Shown: one piece after another, positions 35,240 to 43,746 of the stretch
Layout: every line of letters starts with the position of its first letter
Numbering within the stretch: position 1 is the stretch's first letter
NCBI GenBank assembly: GCA_964470695.1
Contig: CAYYDR010000002.1
Coordinates: forward strand, 8,401-72,400
Direction of reading: 5' to 3'
From: an uncultured Gammaproteobacteria bacterium
GTDB taxonomy: Bacteria > Patescibacteriota > Patescibacteriia > Patescibacteriales > UBA12465
DNA: 64,000 nt
Position numbers and translations under genes: made by a program
Notes under the pieces: generated by a model
Told to the model about the DNA's origin: nothing
The model's input: only the letters and a program-made list of their open reading frames with translations
The model's database searches: none

Positions 35240-35566
35240 AGTTATTATAAATGATGGGTGTTAAAAATTATTTAAATTTTTTTTAAATAATTTTTAAAGG
35301 CCCTTATTAAATAAAATCCCTAAGTATTCTAAAGACTTAGGGTCAAAGAATACCTCTAATTCCGCTCTAATATTGGCGGAATTATCTTGAAACTGGTCAA
35401 GATATGGGAAAGATATTAGTAAATATTAATTTGTAAACCTAATTTAGCACGAAGATTAAAAAAAGGCAAGGGATGTATAAGGGGGGGGCGGTAAACCCCA
35501 TGGCCTGAATACAGGAGCCAAAATAAAAAAGCGCCATTATTATGACGCTTCCAAAATTGTGATTTT

Positions 35567-36439
35567 TCAATCAAATATACTTTTAATATATAGATCTCTT
35601 TGCTCTTCTTGGACTTTAGCCCAAACTAGATGGATTATTATGGCTAATCCGGCTATTACTAAATAATACCAGATATAGTTCCAAATAGGGTCAGCCGGAG
35701 CATGGTGATTACTAAATAGGCCGGCGTAGGTACCAGTAATGGTGCCGCTGGCTATACCAGCTATAGGGCCGGCTAATAAGCCAAAGTCGCCAGAAATTGA
35801 GTAGCCGAGAATGGCGCCCATTATAGCCATTAGCATAAATCCGATTAGGGCTCCTAATATAGCCCCATTATCAAAGCCGATAGTAGCAATGCTTATTAAG
35901 GCTATTGAGCTCATGGCGGAAAAAATAATCATTCGCCAAGTATTACGGCCGGCTGATTTAATAGCCATAACGATTATTAGAAGAGTTGGCAGAAAGATCC
36001 ATAGAATTGATAGCCACCAACTAATTGTTACCTCTCCTCGTTCAAGGTAATTTTTTGGCCATAGTTGTGTGACATATTTTTTTATGGTTTTTTCTGGACC
36101 ACCTGATGTTCGGACAGATTTGACTATAAATGAGCCGAGACGGTATGTCCGTTGGATCTTTACTAGAGGAAAAACTTCTGTCGGCAAGGTTGATTTAGTC
36201 TCTCTAACAATTACTTCGCCGGTTTCTTCCAATTTTTTTATATCGTTATTGGAAAAAATTGATTGGTCAATATTTTTGAAAAAAAATCTTGTTGTGTACC
36301 TGACGTCCCCCTTTTTAATTAATAAATCTATGTAGCCGCGGCTTCTGATAATTAAGGTGTCTGTCCGAGGGCTAGTCTTAGGGTCGGCCTGAGCTAAAGC
36401 AATCGTTGCTATAGCTAAAATGAAAAAGAGCTGCTTCAT
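35567..36439 (-). CDS. secreted/membrane protein, unknown function
   Basis: 290 aa. Signal peptide (..ALA|QA), an extracytoplasmic domain of about 120 aa, and a C-terminal bundle of glycine-zipper TM helices. Confidence 0.5.
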   Translation of the reverse strand: MKQLFFILAIATIALAQADPKTSPRTDTLIIRSRGYIDLLIKKGDVRYTTRFFFKNIDQSIFSNNDIKKLEETGEVIVRETKSTLPTEVFPLVKIQRTYRLGSFIVKSVRTSGGPEKTIKKYVTQLWPKNYLERGEVTISWWLSILWIFLPTLLIIVMAIKSAGRNTWRMIIFSAMSSIALISIATIGFDNGAILGALIGFMLMAIMGAILGYSISGDFGLLAGPIAGIASGTITGTYAGLFSNHHAPADPIWNYIWYYLVIAGLAIIIHLVWAKVQEEQRDLYIKSIFD

Positions 36440-36570
36440 GTTTTGTCCTCACATTGATGGTGGTAGGTTATTGTGGAAAGAACTGTATCAACAGATAAGA
36501 ACCTATCACGTATTTTTAGTTCATGTCAAGCAATTGCCAGTTTAACTTCCTTAAGATATCATGGATATAT

Positions 36571-37755
36571 ATGAAATATTTTTTTGTCCTAGGAACTAAT
36601 ACCGCCCTATCGGTTGCTGAACTTTTAGCCGTTCATAAATTTACTAATTTACGGCTTTTAGCAGCTGATTTTTTAATAGGAGAGTCTGACGCTGAGCCGG
36701 ATTTATCCCGAATGATTAAGCGTCTGGGGGGAATTATTAAAGCCGGGATAATCCTGTCGGAAACCACTCTAGATAAAGGGAAATTAGAAATAAAGATACA
36801 GCAGATAGTGGAGCAGAAACAATCATCGGCTAAAGAAGGAAAATTTAATTTTGGTTTTTCTGACTACGGCAAGTCTAATTTTAATAAACAGGACTTGGGG
36901 TTAAAATTAAAAAAATATTTAAGCACTAAGGGAATTAGCTCTCGTTTTGTAGTGAGTCGCGAGAAAACTTTATCAAGCGTAGTTGTTGCTCAGAATAAAC
37001 TACTCACGAGAGGCATAGAAATTGTCTTGTCGGTTGATGGAGTAAATACTTTGATTGGAGAAACTTTAGCCGTCCAGCCGTTTAAAGATTTATCATTACG
37101 TGATTATGGGCGACCCGCTAGAGATGATCTGTCCGGCATGTTGCCGCCAAAATTAGCTCAGGCCATGATTAATTTAGCGCAGGTAGAAAATAGCGAGTCG
37201 GTTATTATTGATCCATTCTGCGGCTCAGGAACAATTTTGAGCGAGGCGGCTCTGCTAGGTTATAAACATTTATTCGGCTCCGATGTGTCTGCTAAAGCTA
37301 TTGATGATACTCATAAGAATATTAGCTGGCTTAGAGAATTATATAAGATTGAAGGGCTTAGATTAAAGTTGGCTGTTAAGAAGGCAGAAAATTTATCAAA
37401 GTTTATTAAAGCTGATTCGGCTGATGCCATTATTACTGAGCCGTTTCTCGGTCCACAACGGGGACAAATAAACTTTTCGGTGGTAATTAGCAATTTGGAA
37501 GCGATGTATTCAGAGGCTATTAAAGAGTTTTTTAAAGTTCTAAAGGCTAATGGTCGGGTTGTTATGGTTTGGCCTAATTTTTATGGGCAGAAGCCGATGA
37601 CTCCGCTACATGCCGGGTTTAAAATAATAAGTATGATTCCCGATGACTTGCGCGGTAGCGAGTTTATTAAAAAAACTGGTCGGGACACAATTATTTATGG
37701 CCGCCCCGGGCAGAAAGTATATCGAGAAATAGTTGTTTTAGAGAAAATGGGATAG
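36571..37755 (+). CDS. SAM-dependent RNA/DNA methyltransferase (UPF0020/Trm11-like)
   Basis: Motif I is IIDPFCGSGTILSEAALLG and motif IV-like is IITEPFLGP (a D/N-PP-Y/F variant). The track ORF starts at 36523; the ATG at 36571 (MKYFFVLG) is the more likely start. Confidence 0.65.
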   Translation: MKYFFVLGTNTALSVAELLAVHKFTNLRLLAADFLIGESDAEPDLSRMIKRLGGIIKAGIILSETTLDKGKLEIKIQQIVEQKQSSAKEGKFNFGFSDYGKSNFNKQDLGLKLKKYLSTKGISSRFVVSREKTLSSVVVAQNKLLTRGIEIVLSVDGVNTLIGETLAVQPFKDLSLRDYGRPARDDLSGMLPPKLAQAMINLAQVENSESVIIDPFCGSGTILSEAALLGYKHLFGSDVSAKAIDDTHKNISWLRELYKIEGLRLKLAVKKAENLSKFIKADSADAIITEPFLGPQRGQINFSVVISNLEAMYSEAIKEFFKVLKANGRVVMVWPNFYGQKPMTPLHAGFKIISMIPDDLRGSEFIKKTGRDTIIYGRPGQKVYREIVVLEKMG

Positions 37756-37786
37756 GTAGAGTTTAATGAAACAAATAATACAAAAT

Positions 37787-37820
37787 AAAAAAAAGAGAGT
37801 CTCGCGACTCTCTTTTTTAT
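37787..37820. terminator. bidirectional terminator
   Basis: AAAAGAGAGTC-tcgc-GACTCTCTTTT flanked by A and T runs, between convergent genes. Confidence 0.8.
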
Positions 37821-37827
37821 GTATTTA

Positions 37828-38892
37828 CTATTTATTGATTAGGAAGTTGCAGACATCGCCATCTGTTACTACATATTCTTTCCCCTCAGTTCGGACCAGG
37901 CCCTGTTCTTTGGCCTTTGCCTCGCTGCCGCATTCAACGAACTTTTGCCAGTTTATGACCTCAGCCCTGACAAACCCTTTTATAAAATCGGTATGGATAA
38001 CCCCAGCCGCTTGAGGAGCTTTAGTTCCTTTCTTGATGGTCCAAGCCCTGGTTTCGTCACTACCAGTAGTAAAGAAAGTATCTAGCCCTAATATTTTATA
38101 GGCGCTTTGAATCAGCTTGTCTAAACCGCTCTGCTCTAGGCCAAGCTCTTTAACATACTCGGCCTGTTCGTTTTCTGGCAAACTAGCAATTTCTTCTTCT
38201 AATTTTACATTAATTTTGATAATTAAGTCATTCGTTCCGGACAGAACATCTCCGGCATGGCTTTCGTCTATATTTAAGAGATAGATGATCGGCTTAATAG
38301 TTAGTAATGTTAATGTTTTAACGAATATTAGCTCATCATCTTCAAAAGACATGTCTCTAATAGGCAGGCCGTCTGACAAATGTTTATATATTTTTTCTAA
38401 TACCTGGTTTTGAAAAATAAGCTCCTTGTCCCCGCTCCGAGAATCTCGTCGAGTTCTTTCCAGTCTTTTTTCTACAGTAGCTAAATCAGCGAATATTAGC
38501 TCCATATTAATTGTTTCCTTGTCTCCGGATGGGTCTATTTTCCCCTGAACATGGATAATATTGCCGTCTTTAAAGTCTCTAATAACTTCGCAGATAGCAT
38601 CGCATTCCCTAATATGAGCCAAAAATTTATTACCCAGCCCCTCGCCCTTGTGCGCACCCGCTACTAAGCCAGCAATATCCACAAATTCTATAGTAGTAGG
38701 GGTAATTTTAACTGGTTTAGAAACCGCGGCTAGCTGATCTAAGCGAAAATCTGGCACTTTAACCACGCCGACATTAGGGTCTATAGTACAAAAAGGATAA
38801 TTAGCCGCTTCCACGCCCTTTTTGGTTAAAATATTGAATAAAGTTGATTTGCCGACATTAGGTAGGCCGACTATTCCGATTGATAATGGCAT
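37828..38892 (-). CDS. ychF: ribosome-binding ATPase YchF
   Basis: MPLSIGIVGLPNVGKSTLFN G1 motif at the ATG at 38892, and a C-terminal TGS-like FIKGFVRAEVINW. The track ORF (to 39042) adds 50 non-conserved codons that run through a terminator-like hairpin. Confidence 0.9.
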   Translation of the reverse strand: MPLSIGIVGLPNVGKSTLFNILTKKGVEAANYPFCTIDPNVGVVKVPDFRLDQLAAVSKPVKITPTTIEFVDIAGLVAGAHKGEGLGNKFLAHIRECDAICEVIRDFKDGNIIHVQGKIDPSGDKETINMELIFADLATVEKRLERTRRDSRSGDKELIFQNQVLEKIYKHLSDGLPIRDMSFEDDELIFVKTLTLLTIKPIIYLLNIDESHAGDVLSGTNDLIIKINVKLEEEIASLPENEQAEYVKELGLEQSGLDKLIQSAYKILGLDTFFTTGSDETRAWTIKKGTKAPQAAGVIHTDFIKGFVRAEVINWQKFVECGSEAKAKEQGLVRTEGKEYVVTDGDVCNFLINK

Positions 38893-39436
38893 AAGTTTAG
38901 ATTCATTTGGAGTATAGCTAAGAATAAGGGTTTTGCCAAATATGGCTTTTTGAAATAAAAAAGAAGCCCAGACGGGCCGCTCTTTATTAAATAAAGAATA
39001 AATAAATAATAGGCCTTGTCTGAGCTTCATTCCCAATAACATAGGATTGTTCCGATGTGTTATCGAGAAAAGGGCTCATCTGCTGACTTAAAGAGCGGTT
39101 CTACCAACTCTTTGCAGATTAATGATTTGTTTTGATTATTTTGCTAATTTAATCAGGTTTGGTAAAAATTCTTTTTGGTTTTTATCAAAGCTTATTTTTT
39201 GATTAGCCGATATAATCTGCTCAGTTATATTCTTTGCCACGTCAGCGTTGGCAATGAAATCAAGAGTTAGTTAATGAACGTATCTATATTATAGCACTTT
39301 GTAACATGGGGGTCAAATATAGTGGACTTAAAATGGCTATTTTAATATATCTTAGCTAATTTTAAATAAATATTGTCATTTTTTAGGTATTTTTTAATAT
39401 TTAAGTCTATGCTATTTTAGACTTAAAATCGCTTCT

Positions 39437-39488
39437 TATACACACAAAACACAAGTTATCCACAGATTTTGGGTGTTTTGGGTGTATA
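39437..39488. promoter_or_regulatory. 16-bp imperfect inverted repeat enclosing a perfect DnaA-box 9-mer
   Basis: TATACACACAAAACAC (39437-39452) and GTGTTTTGGGTGTATA (39473-39488) are 15/16 complementary. TTATCCACA sits at 39456-39464 between the arms, about 40 bp upstream of the -35 element. Confidence 0.3.
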
Positions 39489-39525
39489 CTTAAACACATG
39501 TCTCGGTGTTTATACTTGTTATAAT

Positions 39526-39554
39526 TTGACTTATTTGTGATTTTATAGTATAAT
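39526..39554 (+). promoter_or_regulatory. near-consensus sigma70-like promoter for the orphan gene
   Basis: TTGACT, 17-nt spacer, TATAAT. This gives a leader of about 130 nt containing the palindrome CCTAGTCATG-TA-CATGATTAGG and ending in the SD AAGGAGG. Confidence 0.5.
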
Positions 39555-39685
39555 ACTTTAAGTGTTATATTGAAAGATCTTTAACAAAAATTCCTAGTCA
39601 TGTACATGATTAGGTGCGTCTTTGGGCGAACGGATTAGGTGGTTATCCATAATAAACTACTAAAAAAACAAAAGAAGGAGGCCGT

Positions 39686-40306
39686 ATGGCTAAGATTAAT
39701 GAAGTATCCGCAAGAGTGGGTTTAAATAATGGATTTTCTAAACATGATTTAGATCTTGCTCTTTTTGGCTCACATGTATATGGCGAGAATCCACATTACC
39801 CGTTATTAAGAGTAGAATTACTCAAGATCCCCGTGCTATTTGGTTGGTTACCAAAAACTGTCTGGCTATTAATAAAGTCAGTGGAACGACAATCTGATGT
39901 ATTAGATCGATGGGTAATAAAGGCGGATATTTTTGAGAGATATATGCCTAAAGGTGACCAAAAATATTGTTACCCTCTCCAGTTTATTGGCACTTATTCT
40001 ACGCATGATCGCATTGGCGCTGGTCAAATAATATTTTCTGGGTTTAAATATGGTTCTACAGATTCAGATAAATATTTAGCGGAAAATCTTCACAATATTT
40101 TCGATACTACGATAGCCCTGGAAAAGGAAGGCTATCAAAATAAAATTAAAATTGGACTCTCAATTTGTTATTTACTTTGGAAATGTCGTCATAATCAAAG
40201 CGATTTTTTAAGAAATTCTATATTATCTATAGCGAACTCTCTGGCTAATTCTACCGATTATCAGGTAAAATATTTAGCAGAGAAGTTAATTATTACAATG
40301 AGCTAA
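39686..40306 (+). CDS. hypothetical protein (orphan; no motif recognised)
   Basis: 206 aa. Consensus SD (GAAGGAGGCCGT-ATG), its own promoter and two downstream hairpin terminators. No signal peptide; one weakly hydrophobic stretch. Confidence 0.6.
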   Translation: MAKINEVSARVGLNNGFSKHDLDLALFGSHVYGENPHYPLLRVELLKIPVLFGWLPKTVWLLIKSVERQSDVLDRWVIKADIFERYMPKGDQKYCYPLQFIGTYSTHDRIGAGQIIFSGFKYGSTDSDKYLAENLHNIFDTTIALEKEGYQNKIKIGLSICYLLWKCRHNQSDFLRNSILSIANSLANSTDYQVKYLAEKLIITMS

Positions 40307-40331
40307 GATAAGTAGAGGTTGGGTTTTAGGG

Positions 40332-40357
40332 GCTCTGGGTAATCTCAGAGCTTTTTT
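40332..40357 (+). terminator. terminator after the orphan gene
   Basis: GCTCTGGG-taat-CTCAGAGC followed by TTTTTT. Confidence 0.7.
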
Positions 40358-40361
40358 AATT

Positions 40362-40387
40362 AAAAATACCCCATATGGGGTATTTTT
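40362..40387. terminator. palindromic hairpin facing the tRNA-Cys 3' end
   Basis: AAAAATACCCC-atat-GGGGTATTTTT. Confidence 0.65.
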
Positions 40388-40388
40388 G

Positions 40389-40462
40389 AGGCTCGAGTGG
40401 GAGTCGAACCCACGAATGGCAGTTTTGCAAACTGCAGCGTTAGACCACTTCGCCATCGAGCC
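40389..40462 (-). tRNA. tRNA-Cys(GCA)
   Basis: The reverse complement is GGCTCGATGGCGAAGTGGTCTAACGC... Anticodon stem GCAGT/ACTGC with loop TTGCAAA (anticodon GCA), U discriminator, T arm GTGGGTTCGACTCCCAC. Confidence 0.9.
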
Positions 40463-40486
40463 TTAACATCTGAATATTAACTTATC

Positions 40487-41527
40487 TTATTTAAGTTGTA
40501 AACTGGCATCAACCCTTAGTTTTTTGAAATTAGCGGATCGGTTCAGGCTAAAAGCTGCGGCCGCGGCAATCATAGCCGCATTGTCGGTAGTATATTCTTT
40601 AGCCGGTACTAGGAAGTTGGTTTTTTGAAGCTTGGCCATGACAGCCGCCTCTAACTGAGATCGCAGTTCATTATTAGCGCTTACTCCGCCGGACAGCATA
40701 ACTGTCTTAGCTCTGTATTTTTTAGCGGCTTTAAGAGTTTTACTAATTAATATATCAATAATAGCTTGTTGAAATTCATAGCAGTATTCAGGAATACGTT
40801 TTTTCCAGACTGAATCTTTTTGGAGCTGGTACAGTAGGGAAGTTTTGAGACCGGAAAAAGAGAAGTCAAAATCAGCCGAATTTATCATAGGGCGAGGAAA
40901 GTTTAGTTCGCTGGCTTTATTCTTATTCTTTCTGTTTTTGTGTTTAGCGGCATATTTAGAAATGATTGGACCGCCCGGATAGCCGAGATTCATCATTTTA
41001 GCTCCCTTATCATAAGCTTCTCCAGCCGCATCATCCCTAGTTTCGCCGATAATCTTAATTTTGTGGTTTTTATCCATTAAAACTAAATTGGTGTGACCGC
41101 CAGAAACGGTTAGGATCATGGCTGGAAATTTAATCGGTGTGGCCGGGTTAATAAAGTTAGCATGAATGTGTCCAGAAATATGGTTTACTTCTATAATCGG
41201 TTTATTCCAGGCAAAGGCTAGAACTCGCACAGTTTCTATGCCGGTCATAAGAGAGGTGATGAGTCCTGGACCTTTGGTAATACCAATTGCTTTAATTTGT
41301 TGTGGTCTTATTTTAGCTTTAGCCAAAGCTTCATGTATAACAGGAAGGATGTTTAAGACATGTTCACGGGCGGCTACTTCCGGAACGACGCCGCCATATT
41401 TTTGATGGATTTCTATTTGGGAGGATATTATGTTAGATAAAACTGAAAAATTCCGAAGTTTATTGTCGGTTTTGATAATTGAAGCTGCTGTTTCATCGCA
41501 GCTGGTTTCTATGCCTAATATATACAT
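40487..41527 (-). CDS. tsaD: tRNA N6-adenosine threonylcarbamoyltransferase
   Basis: 346 aa. ILGIETSCDETAA N-terminus, HISGH metal-binding motif, and SGGVSAN near the C-terminal domain. Confidence 0.92.
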   Translation of the reverse strand: MYILGIETSCDETAASIIKTDNKLRNFSVLSNIISSQIEIHQKYGGVVPEVAAREHVLNILPVIHEALAKAKIRPQQIKAIGITKGPGLITSLMTGIETVRVLAFAWNKPIIEVNHISGHIHANFINPATPIKFPAMILTVSGGHTNLVLMDKNHKIKIIGETRDDAAGEAYDKGAKMMNLGYPGGPIISKYAAKHKNRKNKNKASELNFPRPMINSADFDFSFSGLKTSLLYQLQKDSVWKKRIPEYCYEFQQAIIDILISKTLKAAKKYRAKTVMLSGGVSANNELRSQLEAAVMAKLQKTNFLVPAKEYTTDNAAMIAAAAAFSLNRSANFKKLRVDASLQLK

Positions 41528-41593
41528 ATTATGTATTGTAGGTTATTTTAGGAAAAAGACAAATTATTAGCTAAATGCGCTGTTTAGTAATAT

Positions 41594-41622
41594 TTGACAG
41601 AAAAGAACTTTATCTATAAAAT
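41594..41622 (+). promoter_or_regulatory. sigma70-like promoter upstream of tRNA-Glu
   Basis: TTGACA, 17-nt spacer, TAAAAT, about 50 nt before the tRNA. Confidence 0.45.
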
Positions 41623-41670
41623 AAAGTTAAATCTAAGAACTTAGATTTTTATTTTGGCCAATTTAAGAGA

Positions 41671-41742
41671 GGTCCCTTCGTCTAACGGTTAGGACACCAG
41701 GTTTTCATCCTGGTAACAGGGGTTCGATTCCCCTAGGGACTA
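41671..41742 (+). tRNA. tRNA-Glu(UUC)
   Basis: GGTCCCTTCGTCTAACGGTTAGGAC..., anticodon stem CCAGG/CCTGG with loop TTTTCAT (anticodon TTC), T arm AGGGGTTCGATTCCCCT. G1-U72 wobble in the acceptor stem. Confidence 0.88.
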
Positions 41743-41856
41743 CAAAGATAAAAAGATCTGACTAAAGCCAGGTCTTTTTATTAATATTCGCCAAAGTAAT
41801 TTATTTATTAATTTACTTAATACCCCTTATGGTGTAAAATTGCCAATAATAACTTT

Positions 41857-43599
41857 ATGAAATTACTATTTAAATATTTAAGAAAATATAAGAAGGCCTT
41901 GATTTTGGCCTTGTCGCTAGCGGCAGTTAATCAAATTTTTTCTTTAGTTGATCCGCAGATTTTTCGTTTGATAATTGATAATTATGCTTCTAAGGTCGCA
42001 ATTCTAGAAAGGCATGAGTTTTTGACTGGGACATTATTATTGTTGGCGGCGGGAGTCACGTCCGCTCTTATTTCCCGAACCGCTAAGAATTTTCAGGATT
42101 ATTTTGTAAGTTCTGTTACTCAAAAGGTTGGTGCCGCTCTTTATGCTGACATGATTAGTCATGCCTTTTCTTTGCCTTATCAAATATTTGAAGATCAGAG
42201 ATCGGGTGAGCTTTTGCAAAAAGCAGATAAAGCCAGAAAAGATTCCCAGGCCCTTATCGCCAGTTTGATTAATATAGTTTTTTTAGCTGGCCTTAGCATG
42301 TCTATTGTTACGGTTTATGCTTTTTATGTTAATTGGCTGGTTGGTTTAGTTTATGTTTCTATTGTCCCCATTATGGGGTTAACAACATTAGCTATAAGTA
42401 AAAAAGTCAGAGTGGCTAGTAAAAAAATTGCCATAGAATCTTCTAGTTTAGCCGGATCAATAACGGAAACTTTGCATAATGTAGAGTTGGTGAAAAGTTT
42501 GGGGCTAGAAAAACAGGAAGCGGATCGGTTAAGCAAGGTTAATAATGATATTTTAAAATTAGAGCTGAAAAAAATTACCATTATCAGAACTTTAAGTTTT
42601 ATTCAGGGGACGATGGTTAATGTTAGTCGTTCGGCCTTAATGTTTTTGATGCTCTGGCTTATTTATTCCGGTCAAATTAGTTTAGGCGAATTTTTTACGT
42701 TAATGTTTTATTCTTTTGCTATATTCAGTCCGCTTTATGAATTTGGTAATGTCGTTTCTCAATATCAGGAAGCGCGCGCTAGCTTAGAAGTGGCTCAAGA
42801 AGTTTTTAGCCAGCAGCCAGAACCAAAGCCAGCTAATCCACGGAGCGTTGAAAATTTGGAAAAAATATCTTTCCAAAAAGTTAGTTTCCGCTACAATGAA
42901 GCCGACGGCGAGGCTCTATCAAACGCTTCTTTTGAAATTAGTAAGGGGAAAACTGTTGCTTTTGTTGGTTTATCGGGATCAGGCAAGTCAACCATTATTA
43001 AGTTATTAGTCGGCCTTTATCATCCCGCTCAAGGGCAAATTATGGTCAATAGTTTTGATAGCCGAACTTTGGATTTAGAAAGTTGGCGTAAGAACATTGC
43101 TTATGTTTCGCAGGACACGCAGCTTTTTGCCGGGACAATCGCAGAAAACTTGCGGTTTATTAAGCCGGAGGCGACGGATGAGGAATGTTTATTGGCTTTA
43201 AAGGAAGCGGCTATCATTAATATAGTAGAAAGGGATAGTGCCGGGTTGCAGGCGAGAATAGGCGAAGGCGGGCTTAAATTATCGGGAGGAGAAAAACAAA
43301 GACTGGCAATCGCGCGGGCCTTGCTGCGTAAGCCGAAATTAATTATTTTTGATGAAGCGACTTCCAGTCTGGATTCTTTGACGGAAAAAACGATTACGCA
43401 GACTATCTCAGAAATCAGTCGGGAGAATAGGGATTTAATTACTATTTTAGTGGCGCACCGGTTAGCGACGGTCGCCCAGGCGGATATAATTAATGTTTTA
43501 GAGAATGGCCAGATTATAGAAAGCGGTACCCATGAACAATTACTAAAAAATGGTTCGCTCTATGCGGCGATGTGGCGGGAACAGCAGGCCAAAGAATAA
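41857..43599 (+). CDS. ABC exporter, fused permease/ATPase (MsbA/multidrug-type half transporter)
   Basis: 580 aa. Six-TM N-terminal domain, Walker [10 protein letters not shown], signature LSGGEKQR, Walker B LIIFDEATS. Confidence 0.85.
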   Translation: MKLLFKYLRKYKKALILALSLAAVNQIFSLVDPQIFRLIIDNYASKVAILERHEFLTGTLLLLAAGVTSALISRTAKNFQDYFVSSVTQKVGAALYADMISHAFSLPYQIFEDQRSGELLQKADKARKDSQALIASLINIVFLAGLSMSIVTVYAFYVNWLVGLVYVSIVPIMGLTTLAISKKVRVASKKIAIESSSLAGSITETLHNVELVKSLGLEKQEADRLSKVNNDILKLELKKITIIRTLSFIQGTMVNVSRSALMFLMLWLIYSGQISLGEFFTLMFYSFAIFSPLYEFGNVVSQYQEARASLEVAQEVFSQQPEPKPANPRSVENLEKISFQKVSFRYNEADGEALSNASFEISKGKTVAFVGLSGSGKSTIIKLLVGLYHPAQGQIMVNSFDSRTLDLESWRKNIAYVSQDTQLFAGTIAENLRFIKPEATDEECLLALKEAAIINIVERDSAGLQARIGEGGLKLSGGEKQRLAIARALLRKPKLIIFDEATSSLDSLTEKTITQTISEISRENRDLITILVAHRLATVAQADIINVLENGQIIESGTHEQLLKNGSLYAAMWREQQAKE

Positions 43600-43622
43600 T
43601 AAATTGGATTTTATTGAGGATG

Positions 43623-43654
43623 GGCCGGGTTCATATCCGGCCTATTTTTTTTTT
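43623..43654 (+). terminator. terminator after the ABC exporter
   Basis: GGCCGG-gttcatat-CCGGCC followed by a T10 run. Confidence 0.65.
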
Positions 43655-43659
43655 GATTC

Positions 43660-43688
43660 TTGCCAGTTAGAGAAATATAATTTATAAT
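43660..43688 (+). promoter_or_regulatory. sigma70-like promoter for pflB
   Basis: TTGCCA, 17-nt spacer, TATAAT, 58 nt upstream of the ATG. Confidence 0.45.
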
Positions 43689-43746
43689 GTTTTTTGAATG
43701 AGGCAAAACCAGCCCCATTTTATATTGTTTCATTAATTATTTTATT

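Noticed and set aside
38893-39042. 50-codon N-terminal extension of YchF in the ORF track
   Set aside because: The conserved YchF G1 motif starts right after the internal ATG at 38892. The extension is non-conserved, hydrophobic or low-complexity, and runs through a terminator-like hairpin plus T-run.
39086-39118. tRNA-like string (..GAGTTGGTAGAACCGC.. on the minus strand) considered as a degraded tRNA or att partner of tRNA-Cys
   Set aside because: No cloverleaf can be drawn: there is no T-arm GTTCRA and no acceptor pairing. The similarity to tRNA-Cys is limited to a generic D-loop-like string. It is reported only as a stem-loop within the non-coding region finding.
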